Source: Phycisphaeraceae bacterium (GTDB lineage: Bacteria; Planctomycetota; Phycisphaerae; Phycisphaerales; UBA1924). From it: a DNA stretch of 64,000 bases. Below the pieces are notes generated by a model. The model had not been told where the DNA came from, ran no database searches, and saw only the letters and a program-made list of their open reading frames with translations. The DNA lies in the NCBI GenBank assembly GCA_019636845.1, contig JAHBWV010000002.1:35655-99654 (forward strand), in the 5' to 3' direction. The stretch's first letter is position 1; every line of letters begins with the position of its first letter. Both the position numbers and the translations under genes were made by a program. Shown one piece after another: positions 1 to 9,411 of this stretch.

Positions 1-410
1 GACACGACCCATTCGGGAAGCAGCACGCGCCCGTCGGAGGAGGACAGTTCACCGAACCGCACGAGGTGTTGTTCCCCTGATAGGTCCCGCCGAGCGATCC
101 ACAATCCGTCGGCGAGATGTTGCCGATGCACGATCCATCGGGCAGACAGCACGCGCCCTTCGGGAAGCACGTGAACGTGGCGCACGCCGTGCCGACCCCG
201 CCCGGCACGCCGCCCGCCGTGGTGCAATCCGACGGCGAGAGATTCAGACACCCGCCAGTCGCCGGGAAGCAGCACGCCTGCGACGCCGCGGTGCAACCCG
301 CCGTCGCGCACGTCGATCCGTCGCCCTTGAACACACCGTTGGCGTTGGCGCAGTCCGTCGTTGTGGCGATGAGGCACGATCCGTCGGGAAGACAGCACGC
401 GCCAACGCCC
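1..410. repeat. Tandem ~120-bp coding repeats (4 units) inside the Cys-rich protein gene
   Basis: The plus-strand motif gggaag/cagaCAGCACGCGCC recurs near positions 20, 140, 262 and 385. It translates on the minus strand to GACCLPDGSC / QACCFPATGGC / GACCLPDGSC / GACCFPNGSC. The plus-strand ORF 117-605 (HDPSGRQHAP repeats) is its antisense shadow. Confidence 0.7.
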
Positions 411-1261
411 GGCGTGCACGCCAGCGATGTCCACGTCGCACGCATCACCCAGTCGCCGGTCGGGCGGCAGAACGACGCCAGCGTGCTGAACCTGGCCCAC
501 CCGCCATTCGGAGGGCAGCCGAATGACCCGCAGTTCAAGCCGAACAGCCAGTTCCGCGTCGGCTGCGCAAGCCCCGAGATGTCCGTCGTGGGGAACGCGT
601 TCTGATTCGACGGGGGAGCCGTGAAGCACGGATTGGCCGTCTGGTTGTTGTGCTTATCGATCCTGAAACCAATGCTGAACGAGTTCGTCGGGTTGGCGTT
701 GATGATGATCTGATCAGGATCGCCCGGATCGATCAGAAACTGCACGTTCGTGCCCTGCGTCCCCGGCGGCATCCGAAGGTGGGGGATCACGATGTCGTCC
801 GACGAGTACGAGGCCACGAGCGTGCCCGTGCCCGGCGGCCCCTGCCACACGAGCACCGACCAGTGCGTCGTCGTCGAGACGATCGCCGCCGACTGCGCGA
901 TGATGAACTCGCACAGATCGATCTTGATCGGAAACTTCGAGGGATCGAGCACGTACTCAGACGCCGCGATCTCACCCTCGGCGAACCCCGCCTGCACCAC
1001 GAACGAGCCCCCCGCGAAGTTCGCGTCGGTGTGCGTCGAGACCGCGGCACAATCACGCGTGGTCCCGTCGCCGGGCGCCTCAACCTCTACCCCCGTCCCC
1101 GAGATCGGGCGGAACTCAACCTTCGGCGCGTGGATCGTCACCGGAACCGGCCGGCGCTTCGCGTCCGCCTCGGACGGCTGCTGGGCAATCGCACCAGAAG
1201 CAAGGCCGCTGATCACCAAACCGGAAACAAGCGCCATCGAAGCCGCGCGCGCAATCATCAT
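1..1261 (-). CDS. Secreted cysteine-rich repeat protein (first 420 codons; C-terminus lies beyond the window start)
   Basis: Not in the supplied ORF track because no stop lies inside the window. The minus-strand frame from ATG 1261-1259 (AGGAG 8 nt upstream) stays open to position 2; I checked every triplet for TTA/CTA/TCA. The N-terminus MMIARAASMALVSGLVISGLASGAIAQQ looks like a signal peptide. The last ~135 codons are tandem ~40-aa units of the form ACC[LF]PxGxC..C..GG..G..C..C. Confidence 0.75.
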   Translation of the reverse strand, partial: MMIARAASMALVSGLVISGLASGAIAQQPSEADAKRRPVPVTIHAPKVEFRPISGTGVEVEAPGDGTTRDCAAVSTHTDANFAGGSFVVQAGFAEGEIAASEYVLDPSKFPIKIDLCEFIIAQSAAIVSTTTHWSVLVWQGPPGTGTLVASYSSDDIVIPHLRMPPGTQGTNVQFLIDPGDPDQIIINANPTNSFSIGFRIDKHNNQTANPCFTAPPSNQNAFPTTDISGLAQPTRNWLFGLNCGSFGCPPNGGWARFSTLASFCRPTGDWVMRATWTSLACTPGVGACCLPDGSCLIATTTDCANANGVFKGDGSTCATAGCTAASQACCFPATGGCLNLSPSDCTTAGGVPGGVGTACATFTCFPKGACCLPDGSCIGNISPTDCGSLGGTYQGNNTSCGSVNCPPPTGACCFPNGSC

Positions 1262-1483
1262 GTCTCACGCTCCTGTATCCGCATCCCGCGCGCCGATGCG
1301 GTCCTCACGCCGCGACCCGGCTCGCCACACCCATCCTACAGAAATGTGACGCGCGACAAAAGCACGATTCTCACGCGTTCTCGGACGATCACGACCGATC
1401 AGAGACCTTCGCTCCCAACCCACGAGTGCTCCAAACGTACAATCAACGCGGCTCGAAACGAACCGCGCCTCGGAGCACACCCG

Positions 1484-3463
1484 TTGAACACCAGCCAATC
1501 AGCACAGAAGCCCGAGCCCCGCACACACGCCGGCTCCCGCGCTCTGCTCCCGCGACTGATCATCGGCTCGCTGCTGCTGCTGGTCGCCGCGGGCTCGTCC
1601 GCCGCCCTCGTGCTCGAACACTTCGGCTCCATCGGGCTCCCCGGATGCGGACCGACCGGGGGATGCGGGGCCGCGGCACGCAGCGTCTTCGGATCGATCC
1701 CCCCGCTCGGCCTCCCGACCTCTTCCCTCGGACTCGCTTACTTCGCCGCCGTCCTCGTCGGCTACATCGTTTCGCGGGCCAACCCCGGCCCCGTCGCCCG
1801 CTGGATCGCCCGTCTCGGCGCACTCGCCTCGCTCGGCTTCATCGTCGTCTCCTTCACCGAGAAGATCCTCTGCCCGTATTGCATCGCGTCGCACGCCGCC
1901 AACTTCGCGTTCCTTCTCGTCCTCGAAACCACGCCCCGCGCCGGCGCGCGAAAGGGCACCGGCCTCGTCTCCGCGCTCGCGACCTTTCTCGTGCTGATGG
2001 GCGCGCTCGGTCTGGCCGAAGCCAACTCCAGATCACGCGCGCGTGACAAGGCCGAGCAGGAACTTCGAGACTCCACACGCGAAGCGATCGCACGCTCGCA
2101 GGCGCAGCCAGAGCAAACAACCGACCCCGCGACCAACACCGACGCATCGCAAGAGACCGCCACCGAGCCGATCGCCGCCGCAGAGACCGCCCAGCCCACT
2201 CCCCGCGCGTTCACGGGTCGGTACCGGCTCGGCCCCGAAGTCGCCCCCGTCCGCATCGTCATCTTCAGCGACTACCAGTGCCCCGAGTGCAAGGGCATGG
2301 AGAAGCAGGCGCTCGACATCCTCGCCAAGTACCCCGAGGTCTCGCTCTCGGCCAAGCACTTCCCCTTCAGCACCGACTGCAACCGCTACATGCCCGCCGG
2401 CAACAACAAACACCCCAACGCGTGCCGCGCCGCACGCGCGACCGAAGCCGCCGGCATCGCGGGCGGCAACGACGCCTTCTGGCTCATGCACCAGTGGGTC
2501 TTCTCCATCAACGGCGTCTTCACAGACCAGGACCTCTCCGCAAAGGTGCTGAATCTCGGCATCGATCCAGCCCGCTTCACCGCCGCGATGAACGACCCCG
2601 CGACCTCCGCGCTCGTCTCCGGCGATGTGGAAGAGGGCATGGCACTCGGCGTGCAGTACACGCCGACGGTCTTCATCAACGGCGTCGAGTTCCGGGGCGT
2701 CATCAACCAGGGCGCGTTGATGCGCGCCGTCGAGGCCCTGCTCGCCTCCAACCCCGCGCCCGCGACCGCCGCCGCCGACCAACCCCCGGGCATGCGCCGC
2801 AAGATCGTTGAAGACTGGCTCGCGGTCCGCCCCATGAACGATCCGGTCGACGACCGCGCCTGGTCGGTCGGCCCCGAGGATGCGCCCCTGCGCCTCTCGA
2901 TGTGGGGCGACTACTCAGAGCCGTTCACCGCCAGAGCCGATGCCGCGATCCGCCAGATCCTCGCCTCACGCGCCGATCTGCGATACACCTTCCGGCACTA
3001 CCCCGTGAATCGCACGTGCAACCCGTATGTGCAGCAGGTCACCTTCCCTTTCTCGTGCGCCGCCTCCAGAGCCACAGAAGCCGCCGGTGAACTCGCCGGT
3101 GAAGCGGGTTACTGGCACATGCACGACTGGCTCCTCGCGAACCAGTCCGATCTGAACGAGCAGAAGATCGTCGCCGAGGCCATGACGCTCGCCGAAGAGC
3201 ACGGCTTCGACCTCCAGAAGTTCATGGACACATACCGGGGCCGCTCCGTCCAGGCCGCGCTCGACCAGGACATCCGCGGCGCGCAGCGCGTCGGCATCCA
3301 GTCGCTCCCCACGATGACGCTGAACGGGCGCAAGATCCCGCGCTGGATCGTCGGCGACGAGGTCGTGCTCGATGCCATCATCGACGAGGCCGCACGCCTC
3401 CACGCCCAGTCCGGCCAATCCGGCCAGCCCGCCCAGTCCGGCGCACCAGACCCGACCAAGTAA
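1484..3463 (+). CDS. VKOR-family thiol oxidoreductase fused to two DsbA-like thioredoxin-fold domains
   Basis: This is the C-terminal ~660 aa of ORF 650-3463. It has a membrane VKOR core with the loop Cys pair LPGCGPTGGCG and the CxxC motif KILCPYCIASH. A DsbA-like domain with FSDYQCPECKG follows, and a second DsbA-like domain has the CxxC replaced (WGDYSEPFTARAD). There is no in-frame ATG; candidate starts are TTG 1484 or GTG 1346, so the start is uncertain. Confidence 0.8.
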   Translation: MNTSQSAQKPEPRTHAGSRALLPRLIIGSLLLLVAAGSSAALVLEHFGSIGLPGCGPTGGCGAAARSVFGSIPPLGLPTSSLGLAYFAAVLVGYIVSRANPGPVARWIARLGALASLGFIVVSFTEKILCPYCIASHAANFAFLLVLETTPRAGARKGTGLVSALATFLVLMGALGLAEANSRSRARDKAEQELRDSTREAIARSQAQPEQTTDPATNTDASQETATEPIAAAETAQPTPRAFTGRYRLGPEVAPVRIVIFSDYQCPECKGMEKQALDILAKYPEVSLSAKHFPFSTDCNRYMPAGNNKHPNACRAARATEAAGIAGGNDAFWLMHQWVFSINGVFTDQDLSAKVLNLGIDPARFTAAMNDPATSALVSGDVEEGMALGVQYTPTVFINGVEFRGVINQGALMRAVEALLASNPAPATAAADQPPGMRRKIVEDWLAVRPMNDPVDDRAWSVGPEDAPLRLSMWGDYSEPFTARADAAIRQILASRADLRYTFRHYPVNRTCNPYVQQVTFPFSCAASRATEAAGELAGEAGYWHMHDWLLANQSDLNEQKIVAEAMTLAEEHGFDLQKFMDTYRGRSVQAALDQDIRGAQRVGIQSLPTMTLNGRKIPRWIVGDEVVLDAIIDEAARLHAQSGQSGQPAQSGAPDPTK

Positions 3464-3492
3464 GACCCTCGCCGCCCCGGACGAATCGACGC

Positions 3493-3954
3493 TCACTTCT
3501 TCGAAATCGAAACCGTGAGTTTCGCGGCCTTGGCCTTGTCGCACAACGGACGCGACCCCTCACGCTGGTTCACCAGATCCGCCAGCGTCACGCCCTCGAA
3601 CAACTCAATGATCACCTTCGCCGCGCTATCCATCCGACGATGCAGCGGGCACAGGTTCGATCCGTGATCCGCAAGCCCGAGCGGACACGTCGTGATCCGC
3701 CTGATCGGCGCGACCGCGTTGATCACGTCCAGCATATTGATCTGCTCTGGCGCCTTGCTCAACTTGTACCCGCCACCGACGCCGCGCCGACCGGTGATCA
3801 GATCCGCGCCCGACAACTGCTGCAGCACCTTCGCCAGATACGTGGGAGGAACCTTGGTCTCCTCCGCGAGCGTCGGCGTCGGGACCAACTGGTCCGGGTA
3901 GTACGCCAGAAGCGCCATCGCACGCAGCGCATACTCGGTTGTCTGTGAGAACAT
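3493..3954 (-). CDS. Rrf2-family transcriptional regulator (IscR/NsrR-like)
   Basis: MFSQTTEYALRAMALLAYYP...GGGYKLSKAPEQINMLDVINAV is a typical Rrf2 wHTH domain. It carries a C-terminal Cys cluster (TTCPLGLADHGSNLCPLH). I placed the start at the internal ATG (codon 13 of ORF 3493-3990). Confidence 0.85.
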   Translation of the reverse strand: MFSQTTEYALRAMALLAYYPDQLVPTPTLAEETKVPPTYLAKVLQQLSGADLITGRRGVGGGYKLSKAPEQINMLDVINAVAPIRRITTCPLGLADHGSNLCPLHRRMDSAAKVIIELFEGVTLADLVNQREGSRPLCDKAKAAKLTVSISKK

Positions 3955-4051
3955 CAAAGACCCTCGTTCCGCCCCCGACCTCGCGTCCACGCAGACGATA
4001 TCTCAGGCCATCAAGCATAAGCGACCCGGAACTCCTCTTCTCTGCGCCCGC

Positions 4052-6112
4052 TCAGGCGGCCGCTGTCGCGCTCTCGTATTCCGTCTCCGCCCGCGGCTCA
4101 GAAACCCTCCCCGCCCTGAACGCCGGACCGATCAACAGTCGCAGCGAGTTCGCCACAACCAGCAGCGTCCCCCCCTCGTGCGCCAGCACGCCGATCCCGA
4201 GCGGCACACGCCGACCGATCGCCGACCCCACCAGCGTCGCCACACCCATCGCCACAATCACCGAGAGCGCAAACACCAGATTCACCGCGACCGTCCGACG
4301 CGCCCGACGCGCCAACTCGATCGCCCACCCCACAGCCGAGAGATCGTCGTTGAGCAGCACGATGTCCGCCGTCTCGAGCGCGGCGTCCGACCCGATCGAT
4401 CCGATCGCAACAGACACATCCGCCGCCGCGAGCGCGGGCGCGTCGTTCACCCCATCCCCGATCACCGCCACGCCCCCGCGTCGGCTCGCCCGCTCATTCC
4501 CCTCACGCGCCAGCCGCTCCTTGATCTCATGCACCAGCCGGAGCTTGTCCGCGGGCATCAACTCCGCCTCAAACTCATCAAGCCCCAGCTCCTTCGCCAC
4601 GAACGAGGCGGTCGTGCGGTTGTCGCCGGTCAGCATCTTCACCGGGCGCACACCCATCTCGTGCAGATGCGTGACAAGTCGCTTGGCCCCCGGCCGAACC
4701 GCGTCGCGCAGCACAAGCACCGCCGCGCCGCCGGCGTGCTCCGGAGCCGCTGTCCGCTCCACACCCTCCGCGCCCTCGCCCGCGACAACGATGCCGATGC
4801 GCCCGTGGCTGCGGATCCGCTCCAGCGTCTCGCGCGTGTTGGCCCGCAGACAGACAGGGATGATCTCCTCCGTGTGCGGGTAGCTGCCCAGGCGCACACG
4901 CACACCCCCCACCATGCCCGCCATGCCCCGCCCCGCCTCGTGCGTCACCGATTTGAGCGTCGCGCTCGCAACGCCCCGCGCCGCCGCGCCGTCGCGAACC
5001 GCGGCCGCGATCGGATGCGTGCTCTCCTGCTCCAGCGCGCTCGCCACCGCGAGCAGCGCGTCCGGATCCGACCAGCCGACCGGCATCACCGCCTCAAGCC
5101 GGGGCCGACCCACCGTCAGCGTCCCGGTTTTGTCGAAGCAGACCGCCCGCACCCGCGCCAACCTCTCGATCGTCTGCCCCCCCTTGAAGAGCACGCCGCT
5201 CGACGCGCCCCGCGCGATCGCCGCCAGCGTCGCCGTCGGCGTCGCGATCACCAGCGCGCACGGCGAGCACACGATCAGGAACGTGATCGCCGTGTACGAC
5301 GCGTCACGCCAGTCACGCCCGAGCACAAGCATCCACACCGCCGCCACCACAACCGACACGATCGTCACGCCCACCGCGTACGGCTGGCTGATCCTGTCGA
5401 TCGCACGCTGCACCGGCTCGCGCTGCTCACGCGCTGTCAACACCAGGTCGAGCACCTTCTGCACGCTCGACTCCGACGCCCGACGAATCACCTCGCACTC
5501 GATCGGGTTCTCGACGTTGATCGTCCCCGCGTAGATCGTCTCCCCGACACCGACCTCACGCGGCACGCTCTCGCCCGTCAGCGTCGCCTGGTCCATGCTC
5601 GTCGAGCCGAGCACGACCCGCGCATCGGCGGGCACACGCTCACCCGGACGCACCTTCACCCGCTCGCCGATCTCCAGCGTCTCCGGCTCCGCCTCCAACC
5701 ACTCGCCCCCACGCCACACGATCGCCTGGGTCGGCATCAACGCCGAGAGAGCCCGCACCTCGCGCTCGGTGCGCTGCATCGCCAGCTCCTCGAGCGCGCC
5801 AGCCAGCACAAAGAGAAAGAGCAGCAACGCGCCCTCGTCAGGATGCCCGACGATCGCGGCGAACACCGCGCCGAGCACCATCAGCACGTCGATGTTGAAC
5901 GCGCCGGAGCGCAGCGCATCAAACGCCGCACGACCCCCATACACCAGCCCGATCCCCAGCGATGCCCACACAGGCACCGAAGCCCACGCCCCGTCCGACA
6001 CCGCGCGAGCGACCCACCCGATCGCCAGCAGCACGCCCGCAAGAATCGCCCCGCGCAGCTCGCCCCGAGGCGAGAACACACCAGACGCCGAACTCTCGGA
6101 TCCCTTGTTCAA
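4052..6112 (-). CDS. Heavy-metal P-type ATPase, P1B-4-like (Co/Zn/Fe type), no N-terminal metal-binding domain
   Basis: It has DKTGTLT, TGES, GDGVNDAPAL, the transmembrane motif IVCSPCALVIATP (SPC rather than CPC), and HEGGTLLVVANSLRLL (HEGxT). Confidence 0.9.
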   Translation of the reverse strand: MNKGSESSASGVFSPRGELRGAILAGVLLAIGWVARAVSDGAWASVPVWASLGIGLVYGGRAAFDALRSGAFNIDVLMVLGAVFAAIVGHPDEGALLLFLFVLAGALEELAMQRTEREVRALSALMPTQAIVWRGGEWLEAEPETLEIGERVKVRPGERVPADARVVLGSTSMDQATLTGESVPREVGVGETIYAGTINVENPIECEVIRRASESSVQKVLDLVLTAREQREPVQRAIDRISQPYAVGVTIVSVVVAAVWMLVLGRDWRDASYTAITFLIVCSPCALVIATPTATLAAIARGASSGVLFKGGQTIERLARVRAVCFDKTGTLTVGRPRLEAVMPVGWSDPDALLAVASALEQESTHPIAAAVRDGAAARGVASATLKSVTHEAGRGMAGMVGGVRVRLGSYPHTEEIIPVCLRANTRETLERIRSHGRIGIVVAGEGAEGVERTAAPEHAGGAAVLVLRDAVRPGAKRLVTHLHEMGVRPVKMLTGDNRTTASFVAKELGLDEFEAELMPADKLRLVHEIKERLAREGNERASRRGGVAVIGDGVNDAPALAAADVSVAIGSIGSDAALETADIVLLNDDLSAVGWAIELARRARRTVAVNLVFALSVIVAMGVATLVGSAIGRRVPLGIGVLAHEGGTLLVVANSLRLLIGPAFRAGRVSEPRAETEYESATAAA

Positions 6113-6250
6113 GCAACGAGATCATGCGCCCGAAGCGAGCCGCTGTCGAATGAGAATGTGTCTCAAGCGTCTGAAGGGTGCCGGCGCGTCCTACCATCGA
6201 TCGACAACAGTCCAGGCCGGGCCAAACGCCCTGCCGATGGAGGTTCATCG

Positions 6251-7165
6251 ATGCTCCCCAAGCCGCCTCCTCGCGAGGGCTCACTCGGTTTCCTGTACGT
6301 TCCACCCTTCCGCATCCAGGGCGTCTCCGTCGCCGGCGAGACCACGTCCGTCGCGATCCCTGAGCTCGACATCGTCTTCGACCTCGGCGAGTGCCCCCGC
6401 GCGATGCTCCCCGCCAAGTACGCCGCGATCTCCCACGGCCACATGGACCACGTCGGAGCGCTCGCGTACTTCTGCTCCCAGCGCCGCTTCCAGGGCATGG
6501 GCGATGCCACCATCGTCTGCGATGCCCGCATCGAGACCGCCGTCCGCCAGATGATGGCCGGCTTCGTCGAGCTCGAACGCCAGGAGACCTCCTACAAGAT
6601 CGTGCCGCTCGACCACAACAAGCAGATCGAGATCAAGAACAACATCTTCCTCCGCGGGTTCCACACCGAGCACAACTGCCCCTCCATGGGCTACGCCGTC
6701 GTCGAGCGACGCAGCAAGCTCAAGACCGAGTTCATCGATCTCCCGCAGGAGAAACTCCGCGAGCTCAAGGACCGAGGCGTCGAGATCACCCGAACCCTCG
6801 AGATCCCCCTCGTCGCCTACCTCGGCGACACCGCGCCCGGCCCGCACCTCGTCCGCGAGGACGTCCGCAAGGCCCAGATCGTCATCTGCGAGTGCACCTT
6901 CTTCGAGCCCGATCATCGCGAACGCGCCAAGGTCGGCATGCACATGCACGTCGCCGATGTCGCCGAATGGCTCCGCGTCCTCGAATCGCAGGCCCTCGTC
7001 CTCATCCACATCTCCAGACGCACAAACCTCCAGTTCGCGCGCAAGCGCCTGGTCGAGGCCGTCGGTGCCGACCGCGCCTCCAAGGTGCTCTTCCTGATGG
7101 ACCACAAAAACAACAGAGAGCGCTACGAGGAACAGGCCAGGGTCGCCGAACACGCCGGGCGCTGA
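6251..7165 (+). CDS. MBL-fold metallo-hydrolase (RNase Z/ElaC-like)
   Basis: This is the last 304 aa of ORF 4178-7165, starting at ATG 6251 (MLPKPPPREGSLGF...). It carries the HGHMDH motif. The preceding ~690 codons of that ORF are an antisense shadow of the ATPase gene. Confidence 0.8.
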   Translation: MLPKPPPREGSLGFLYVPPFRIQGVSVAGETTSVAIPELDIVFDLGECPRAMLPAKYAAISHGHMDHVGALAYFCSQRRFQGMGDATIVCDARIETAVRQMMAGFVELERQETSYKIVPLDHNKQIEIKNNIFLRGFHTEHNCPSMGYAVVERRSKLKTEFIDLPQEKLRELKDRGVEITRTLEIPLVAYLGDTAPGPHLVREDVRKAQIVICECTFFEPDHRERAKVGMHMHVADVAEWLRVLESQALVLIHISRRTNLQFARKRLVEAVGADRASKVLFLMDHKNNRERYEEQARVAEHAGR

Positions 7166-7247
7166 ACGATCGCGGATTTCCTGCCCCCGCAAGCGTTTGA
7201 TCCTGCGAGGGTTGCCGATCCGCGCCGCCAGACAACACCGATTGGTG

Positions 7248-7276
7248 TTGACTCAACGCCCCGTTCCGATTACGTT
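7248..7276 (+). promoter_or_regulatory. Candidate sigma70-type promoter upstream of dnaA
   Basis: TTGACT (7248-7253), a 17-nt spacer, then TACGTT (7271-7276). It is preceded by the palindrome AACACCGATTGGTGTT. The -10 element is weak. Confidence 0.25.
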
Positions 7277-7362
7277 TCGCGTTGCGGGGTCGCGTGGTGC
7301 GCCCCGTGTGTCTGACGGGTTGCTTGGCGCGAGTGCCGACGTGTGCGGGGCGCGCAGGAAGG

Positions 7363-8838
7363 GTGGATTCTCCGTTGGCCGACCCCGATCGCAAGATCTG
7401 GGAGGGAATGCTCTCGCATCTGCGAGCGCACAACCCCGCCATCTGCCGCCAGTGGTTCGAGGAACTCGAGCCGCTGGGCGTCTCGGGCGGCGTCATGGCC
7501 GTTCGAACCCTCACCGCCGTTCACCGCGACTACCTCAGAAGCCAGTGCCTCGACCACTTCAACGACGCGATCCGCAGCGTCTCCGGCCAACTCCTCGCCG
7601 TCCGCTTCCTCGGACCGGACGAGGCCGTCGCGCCCCCCGCCCGCAACCCGCGCGCCGCCGGCTCCATCCTCGAACCAAAGCCCCAGCAGATCAACGAGCA
7701 CGCCATCTCATCCGCTTCCGACGCCTCGCCGAGCACCCTGGCCGGCAACGGACAGTCCGGCGCGGTCGGGGGCGTCTCCTTCGGCTCGCGCGACGCGATG
7801 CCCCGCCAGCACGAATCCCTCGTCATCAACCCCGACTACACCTTCGATAACTTCGTCATCGGGCCCGGCAACCGCCTCGCGCACGCCGCCGCCGTCGCCG
7901 TCGCCGACATGCCCGGACGCGCGTACAACCCCATCTTCGTCCACGGGGGCGTCGGCCTCGGCAAGAGCCACCTCCTCCAGGCCATCTGCCTCCGCATCGC
8001 CGAAGAACGCCCCGCCGCCGCCATGTACTACACCTCCTGCGAGGGCTTCATGACCCAGTTCATCGAGGCCGTCCAGCAGGGACAGATGAACGACTTCCGC
8101 CACCGCTTCCGCGATGTCGATGTCCTCGTCGTCGACGACATCCACTTCCTCGCCAAACGCGACCGCACCCAGGAAGAGTTCTTCCACACCTTCAACGCGC
8201 TCTACCAGGCCCACAAGCAGATCATCCTCTCCTCCGACGCGCCACCCGAAGAAATCCCCGACCTCGAAGAACGCCTCGTCTCACGCTTCAAGTGGGGACT
8301 CGTCACCAAGGTCGAGCCGCCCGACTACGAGACCCGCGTCGAGATCGTCAAGGCAAAGGCCCGCATCCGAGGATTCGAGATCCCCAACGATGTCGCCGGC
8401 TACATCGCCGAACGCATCAAAGCCAACATCCGCGAACTCGAAGGCGCGGTCATCAAGCTCCAGATCCAGGCAAAGGTCGAGAGCAGGCCCATCGACCTCT
8501 CGCTCGCGTCCGCGGCACTCGGAGACATCGTCGCCGCGGCCATCCCCTCCATCCAGGCGATCGTCACCACCGTCACCACCTTCTACGGCGTCCGCCTCGC
8601 CGATCTCCAATCCAAACGACGCCAGCAGTCCGTCGTCCTCCCACGACAGATCTGCATGTACCTCGCACGCAAACTCACCCGCCACTCCCTCGAAGAGATC
8701 GGCGGCTTCTTCGGCGGACGCGATCACACCACCGTCATGCACGCCCTGAAAGCCATCGTCACCCGGCGCGAACAAGACGACAAACTCGATGCCGCGATCC
8801 GCTCCATGGAAGAACGCCTCACCAACGGCCACTACTAG
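7363..8838 (+). CDS. dnaA: Chromosomal replication initiator protein DnaA
   Basis: It has the AAA+ core (GGVGLGKSHLLQAI, VLVVDDIHFL) and the C-terminal DNA-binding domain (RQICMYLARKLTRHSLEEIGGFFGGRDHTTVMHA). I prefer the GTG 7363 start because it keeps the conserved domain-I IWEGML motif. ATG 7408 is the alternative. Confidence 0.93.
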   Translation: MDSPLADPDRKIWEGMLSHLRAHNPAICRQWFEELEPLGVSGGVMAVRTLTAVHRDYLRSQCLDHFNDAIRSVSGQLLAVRFLGPDEAVAPPARNPRAAGSILEPKPQQINEHAISSASDASPSTLAGNGQSGAVGGVSFGSRDAMPRQHESLVINPDYTFDNFVIGPGNRLAHAAAVAVADMPGRAYNPIFVHGGVGLGKSHLLQAICLRIAEERPAAAMYYTSCEGFMTQFIEAVQQGQMNDFRHRFRDVDVLVVDDIHFLAKRDRTQEEFFHTFNALYQAHKQIILSSDAPPEEIPDLEERLVSRFKWGLVTKVEPPDYETRVEIVKAKARIRGFEIPNDVAGYIAERIKANIRELEGAVIKLQIQAKVESRPIDLSLASAALGDIVAAAIPSIQAIVTTVTTFYGVRLADLQSKRRQQSVVLPRQICMYLARKLTRHSLEEIGGFFGGRDHTTVMHALKAIVTRREQDDKLDAAIRSMEERLTNGHY

Positions 8839-8997
8839 AGCGGTTGAAGTTCAGGCGTAGCGTCCCGAGCGTCGGCGAGACAAGCAGGGCGCGAAGGCCG
8901 AAACAGGCGTATCCGCAGTGATACGCCGATGCAGGCCGACAACGCCATGCGATGTCGCAGCCAGCTCTGGACGCTACGTATGGATTGAAGCCGCTCT
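8836..8997. other. About 162-nt highly structured element immediately after the dnaA stop (REPIN/MITE-like or small RNA candidate)
   Basis: The outer stem pairs AGAGCGG (8837-8843) with CCGCTCT (8991-8997). The second stem pairs CGTAGCGTCC (8856-8865) with GGACGCTACG (8969-8978). An internal perfect hairpin pairs GGCGTATC (8906-8913) with GATACGCC (8920-8927). The outer arms share the core of the dispersed CCGCTCT..AGAGCGG palindromes. Confidence 0.35.
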
Positions 8998-9411
8998 AAA
9001 GCCGACACTCCCCACCCCGCGCTCACACGATCGGACTTTGTCCCCGCCCGGATCAAGGCGTACCTCACCCTTGTTTCTTTCTTCCTCCCTGGCGCTTGTG
9101 GCTGTGGAACGATGGTGCAGAACCGGGCGCTTCACGACGCGAATGACCGCCGAGTCTGAACGATCCGCTCACACGCCGGTCGGGTGTCGCGCCGCAGACA
9201 CACATCCCCGTCCGCGATTGCACGACAAATGACAGGATGTCCTCTCCCCGTGTTGATCCATAAACCAATCTCTACCAACACGTTGCGACATCGGTTCTGC
9301 CGACACTCCACAAAGCGCCAGCCCCTGCTATCACCACCATCATGGATATCTCAATGATGAAGGAAGAAGAGACCCCGGCGTTCGGTTCGCGCCCGCGAAC
9401 CACCCGTCTGC

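Noticed and set aside
650-1483. N-terminal ~280 codons of the 937-aa ORF 650-3463, and the ORFs 117-605 and 750-1349
   Set aside because: They are R/H/P-rich or repeat-mirror translations lying antisense to the open minus-strand frame 1-1261, which has a signal peptide, a Shine-Dalgarno sequence and coherent repeats. Only the VKOR-DsbA part (from about 1484) is credible.
4178-6250. First ~690 codons of the 995-aa ORF 4178-7165
   Set aside because: This is an R/H/P/D-rich antisense shadow of the P-type ATPase gene. Only the MBL hydrolase portion from ATG 6251 has recognisable motifs.
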